A stretch of DNA of 64,000 nt, from NCBI RefSeq assembly GCF_009914755.1, contig NC_060928.1; one strand, written 5' to 3'. The stretch is from the human T2T-CHM13v2.0 reference genome, Homo sapiens. The notes under the pieces are model-generated. The model ran no database searches. It was not told the DNA's origin and was given only the letters and a program-made list of their open reading frames with translations. Positions 57,690 to 64,000 of the stretch are shown here, one piece after another. The position numbers and the translations under genes were made by a program. Numbering within the stretch: the first letter of the stretch is position 1; each line of letters opens with the position of its first letter.

Positions 57690-58140
57690 CAGCTATTCTG
57701 GGCCATTTGCTATACCCTGAGTGTGATTCCAGCCTTCTAGTTAAATGCCCATGCTTATGCCTTTCTTCCACTTGAGATGCCAACTATATTTAGCATCTAT
57801 TCCAACTACATTTATCCAAATCTTCTCATCCTCCAATGTCCAGACTGCATGCCACCTCCCAGATTCTTCCTGATCAGTGCAGGCATAGACAATAACTCTT
57901 CACTTCTCTAGAGTTTGCTGGCATCACCCAAGTGGGACTTGAAGATTACCTGGTATGATCATTATAGATTTGTTATGTTGTACCTCTCATACCAGGTGGT
58001 AAACACCATGAGAGTAGGGAACCATACACATTTCTTTATTCATTTGTTCATTGAACAAATGTTATAATATATAGCAGAATTTATAGTACATTGCCAAGTA
58101 TGTAATAGGTATTATGACATCTCTTGAATAAATGAACATG
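57690..58140 (+). mobile_element. L2 fragment
   Basis: Degenerate L2 3' pattern ending 'ttgaataaatgaacatgtgaatg'. Confidence 0.5.
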
Positions 58141-58171
58141 TGAATGTAGATATGGTAACTAGGTAGGAGCC

Positions 58172-58206
58172 TGTGTGTGTGTATGTATGTGTGTGTGTGT
58201 GTATGT
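58172..58206. repeat. (TG)n/(TATG)n microsatellite
   Basis: Direct reading of the sequence. Confidence 0.9.
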
Positions 58207-59104
58207 AGCTATGAGAGAGAAAACTAATGAGAACTGTAGTGGTCAGGTTAGGTTGATGAACTGATGTTTAGCTAGCATTGTGAGGTGGCATGGAGTGGGA
58301 GAAAAATGAGGCACTTGCACAGGGGTGGGTGGTGGTGTTTAGGATTGGCTAGAGATGGCTGTTGCTTGGTACCCAGTAGGTGCTCTATGTTAGTAACTCT
58401 TAAATGTCGTGGAAGTCCAAAAGAGAACCAGAGTTGAGACAGATACTGCTGGAGAAATTTAAAGGAAGATATAGATATTTTATGAAAAATGAACCAAAAA
58501 ATATTTCTGAAGAATGAATGATGGCTCCAAGAATGATGTTTGAAATGTGCTCTCTATATGTAGAAATGAAATTGTATAAGGGCGTCAAACTTTTCTGTAC
58601 TGTTTTTCATTTGAGTTGCTTATGAGATATCGAGGTAAAATAATTGGCAATATATCATTGCTATGGTTATTTATCAAGACATCAAACTTTCTGACTAAGC
58701 ATGTGTAATATTTATATTTATGTTAAATGCTTTAATACAACTAGTAGATTTTAACCATCTAGTTTTTTTCTTTGAAGATAGCATTCTGTTTGTCTGAAAT
58801 TAGAATCCATTTCAGTTTCATGGAGGAGCAAAGGTGAGGCACTCATCTGTCTCTATGTCCTTTTTGCCTGACACAGTGTTAGCCCAATGCTTGGCACCAG
58901 TAGGTGTTCTATGTATAAGTGTTTTTCAGTAAATGAATTAATAATATATCAGTTTTTCTCTAAATGAATTAATAACATCTCAGTTTTAAAAACTTCACAG
59001 ATTAGATGGATTGATTTCATGAAACATTTCCTTTGTGTTTAAGATTCTTGCCAAATCTAAGTGGAGAGATTAAATTGGAGATAGAAAAATGATTATGTAC
59101 ATTT

Positions 59105-59270
59105 GTAGAACTTTAGTACTAGACATAATTCCAGAGATTATCTAGTTCCAGTTCCTCATTTTTCAGACAAAGGCATTGAGGACCAGAGAGGTTAAGTGAC
59201 TTGCTTATGCTCACATCATGTCAAGCTTGGACCTAACCCAGATCTCCAGATCTCCAGGCTTCAGTATCAT
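59105..59270 (-). mobile_element. MIR (MIR3/MIRc-like)
   Basis: 'agagattatctagttcca..cctcatttttcagacaaagg..tgaggaccagagaggttaagtgacttgc'. Confidence 0.8.
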
Positions 59271-59363
59271 CTCTTTCCATTAGGCACCTTGGAAGTAAAT
59301 CTTAGTTTCATTATTCCTTTCATGGCCTAGGTTTAACTCCTGAGCTCCCAAAGAAGAATTTAG

Positions 59364-59783
<420 letters not shown>

Positions 59784-60109
59784 TCCCATATTAATTTTTA
59801 AATGTCCTTTCCTCCTGTTAAGTCTGCTGGAAAAAGAGAGCTTGTGCCATCTAGTGGATCTAAGAAGAGGCTCTCAGGCTTAAATTTTGGGTGGCCTTAC
59901 TTTAAAAAGAAGAAAGGAACAATATTTTTATTTAATGAATCTGCACATTCTCACATGGAATCCTTTTTATCATGAGAGTGGCAGTAGCAGCACAGAATGA
60001 AGTTAGGGTCACTTTGTATTTCATAGTGCTAGAGACGCGACACCTTACTGACCGTGCTTCTTTTTAGTGGTGGAAGGCAGGTCACAAAGTGGGTAACTGG
60101 ATTTAACTG

Positions 60110-60200
60110 ATTTAACTGGATCAGGAAAGGCATGAGCATGGGTATTTTTAGGTAACTCTCCAGGTGATTCTAACATAGAACCAGGGCTGAGAACCACTGC
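60110..60200. mobile_element. MER5A-family half element (copy of 60863-60954)
   Basis: Ends 'ccaggtgattctaac...tgagaaccactg'. Confidence 0.8.
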
Positions 60201-60794
60201 TGTATTACAATCTTGGTTTTTCAACCAGTGCTTGGATTCTTGTACTCGTTAATTTAAAACACTGGCTCTTCTGTAATGGGTCTTTCCATCCTAGTTGGGA
60301 ATTAGTCAAATCCTATTATTCCTGGGAAACCCGCTAGTGCTCATTTGGACAATTAACTTATTCAAGAATGTACAGCATTCTACTATCCAATGGATAATGA
60401 AGTTTTAGAAGCTTTCAAATTACTCCTTTGTTTTCCTTCAATGGAGATTTTAAATCTTTTTACATGCTCTGGAAAATATTTATCTCATGTGGCAGGTGGT
60501 AGAAGACAATATCTGTCAAGCGGGATAACTTGATGACTGAATGGGCAGTGCAGGCCGAGGGCTGTCATCACTGACATTGCCCTGTGATCTGAAATGCCCG
60601 TTAACCTCCTGGGCTTGAATTTTCTTTGAAGAGTGTGATTGGTCATCTTTATATTTACAGAGTACTGCTCAGCAAAAAACTAGGTTACAAAAAAAAGCTT
60701 TTGTTACTCCATCAGTGAAATATCTTAAGTGGCACCTTAGCACCTGTGTAGTGTAGTTGTACTTGATGGTCATAATGACCAGGAGGCTTTGTGA

Positions 60795-60954
60795 TGGTGG
60801 TCCACAGCCTGGTGCACATCAGAAGCAACAAGGGATGCCTGGCACTAGACCTGGAGATAATTATTTAACTGGATCAGGATAGGGCATGAGCATGGGTATT
60901 TTTAACTAACTCCCCAGGTGATTCTAACATGGAACTTGGGTTGAGAACCACTGC
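60795..60954. mobile_element. MER5A-family element
   Basis: 'cctggtgcacatcagaa...gatgcctgg...ctccccaggtgattctaac...gggttgagaaccactg'. Confidence 0.8.
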
Positions 60955-60969
60955 CACAAGATATTCTTA

Positions 60970-61647
<678 letters not shown>

Positions 61648-62389
61648 TTAAATTATTTGAATATTGGAGATCCATATTTGATAACCAGTATTCTCCTGGG
61701 GCCCAGGGAGCAGGAATTGCACTGTTTTGTGATTAGAGTAATGAAGTTATTATTGTGTCTAAATGACTCCATTTTTACATCTCTCAGAGGTGCTGGTGGA
61801 GTCAGTCCCTGTATATGACCCAGGTTTGAGGAATGTGAGTACTTTCAGGGATTGCCAGGAGCGGTAAGGGCCAGAAGTTAATGCTTCTCTGAGTGGCAGC
61901 TTAATGTATTGTCATAATTGTACGCATCTGAGAGCATTGATTCTATATTGTTGGCCCTTGTCCCAGTGACAGTAGGAAAGTGGGAGTCTTTCACATAAAG
62001 CTTTTTTCCCCCTCTTATCATTTTAATAATGAATTTCACCTCTTTCTGTGGTTTCCAGGAGTAGGGTGCTCTGTGAGTTCTCTGCAGAAGCTGTTTTCTG
62101 CAGTAAAGTCCTGATCTGTCACTGGGAACAGCTTTCTTCTGACAAATGTAGCTGAATTGGTTGGCAGAAGGATGGCAGGGAGGTAAAAGGGCAGGGAGTG
62201 GTTATAAATCCTCTAAAACGCCATCAATTGAACTCTTACAATGGGAGACAGTGTCTTTGACGACGTGTTCCAAATGGTTGATACAGATATTCAATTTCAA
62301 AGGATTTCTGCTGTGTTTTCAGAGGGCAGGGGACAAAAATGCCAGGAAATTGTTAGAATTCTTGTAAAAACCATGAAATTTATTATCAG

Positions 62390-62600
62390 GTAGACTTAGG
62401 TTTGTGTCTGGCTTCTGCCACTTACTGTGTGCTTCTAGGGCAAAAGTTTGAGCCTCACTTTTCTTAGCTGTAAGATGAGAATCCTAATACCTACCTACCA
62501 TTTTACTCTATCAAGGTGAATTAATTTGTATAATACATGTAAAACATCTAATACAATATTTGGCACAGAGCTGGTACTTCATAAATGGTAGCTATTTCTG
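62390..62600 (+). mobile_element. MIR
   Basis: 'ctggcttctgccacttact..gagcctcacttttcttagctgtaagatgagaat..aatacctacct'. Confidence 0.8.
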
Positions 62601-63365
62601 GAACTACTATTAATAGTGGTAGTAATTGATGATAATGGCCTGTATGTCCACTTAGCCTTTGGTGGGGATGGCAAGGGGGTGTTGACAGAGGCTCATCTGG
62701 GAAGGGTATACTCAGAATTTTCATCCTCACATAGTCAACCTGTTATAATTTAGAGTCTCATCACATATTAATCCTTTAAAATGCAGTCACTCTCTAGAAT
62801 AGTTCATTTCACTGATTACTCATTTTGTGTACATCCTGCTGTTTAACTCAGAGGGCTTACAATACAGATTTTTTATGTAAACAGTGTGGACAGGGGGTTA
62901 GTAGAGGAGAGGGGAAAATATAATTTGGGGATTACTTTGGCCATAAGTCACACCTGGTGTCATGGTTTGGTGTGGAGTTTGGACACCCAGAAAAGGAAAG
63001 TTTAGATTATTGGGAAGTTGGGAAGAGGAGATGCCAGAATGGGTGACAGGAGGGTGGTAGGGACCCAACTACAATTTAGAATTTCCTGTGCAGGGTTCTC
63101 TGTTAGGATTGCCCGTGTGTTGCCATGAGTTTGTCTTGGTGTCCCTTCTGTCATTTGCCATCAGTTGGCAGTGTCTAGAATACAGTTCCATTTCATTGAA
63201 GCACTCAGTCTAGAGTATAAAGCATTTATGTGAATCAGTGGAAACTGAATTTGTACGGCTGAGGATCTGTACTGCAGTTTCAGAAAAGTCAGTATAGTTT
63301 AATTGAGGTATAAAGGGCTCTCCTCCCCATCTGAGTTGTGACAAGTTGAGAAATACAAAAAATGA

Positions 63366-64000
<635 letters not shown>

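Overview
This is AT-rich, CpG-depleted primate (very likely human) genomic DNA, not prokaryotic. The window appears to lie within the + strand gene FHIP1A (FAM160A1, FTS/Hook-interacting protein family), recognised from the translated exons. It contains the start-codon exon (13240-13466, ATG at 13362) and three further phase-0 coding exons (24552-25178, 33743-33901, 35942-36028), together encoding the first 326 aa. The next exon was not found and probably lies beyond base 64000. The rest is intron filled with interspersed repeats: about 17 Alus, a FAM monomer, a full-length dead antisense L1PA7-like element, a short L1PA with a target-site duplication (TSD), older L1M/L2/MIR fragments, THE1/MLT1/ERVL LTRs and DNA-transposon fossils (MADE1, MER46C, MER5A, Charlie4). 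Nearly all ORFs in the supplied track are spurious or repeat-derived. I found no CRISPR array, rRNA, tRNA or clearly novel system. The best second-look items are: five upstream AUGs, one uORF stop overlapping the ATGATG start; a ~155-bp non-Alu inverted duplication in an intron; an exact 28-bp duplicated CTCF-like motif; an ORF0-like frame in the antisense L1; convergent Alu polarity around stop-free symmetric exons; and a miR-548-type MADE1 hairpin. Repeat boundaries and subfamilies were called by eye and are approximate.
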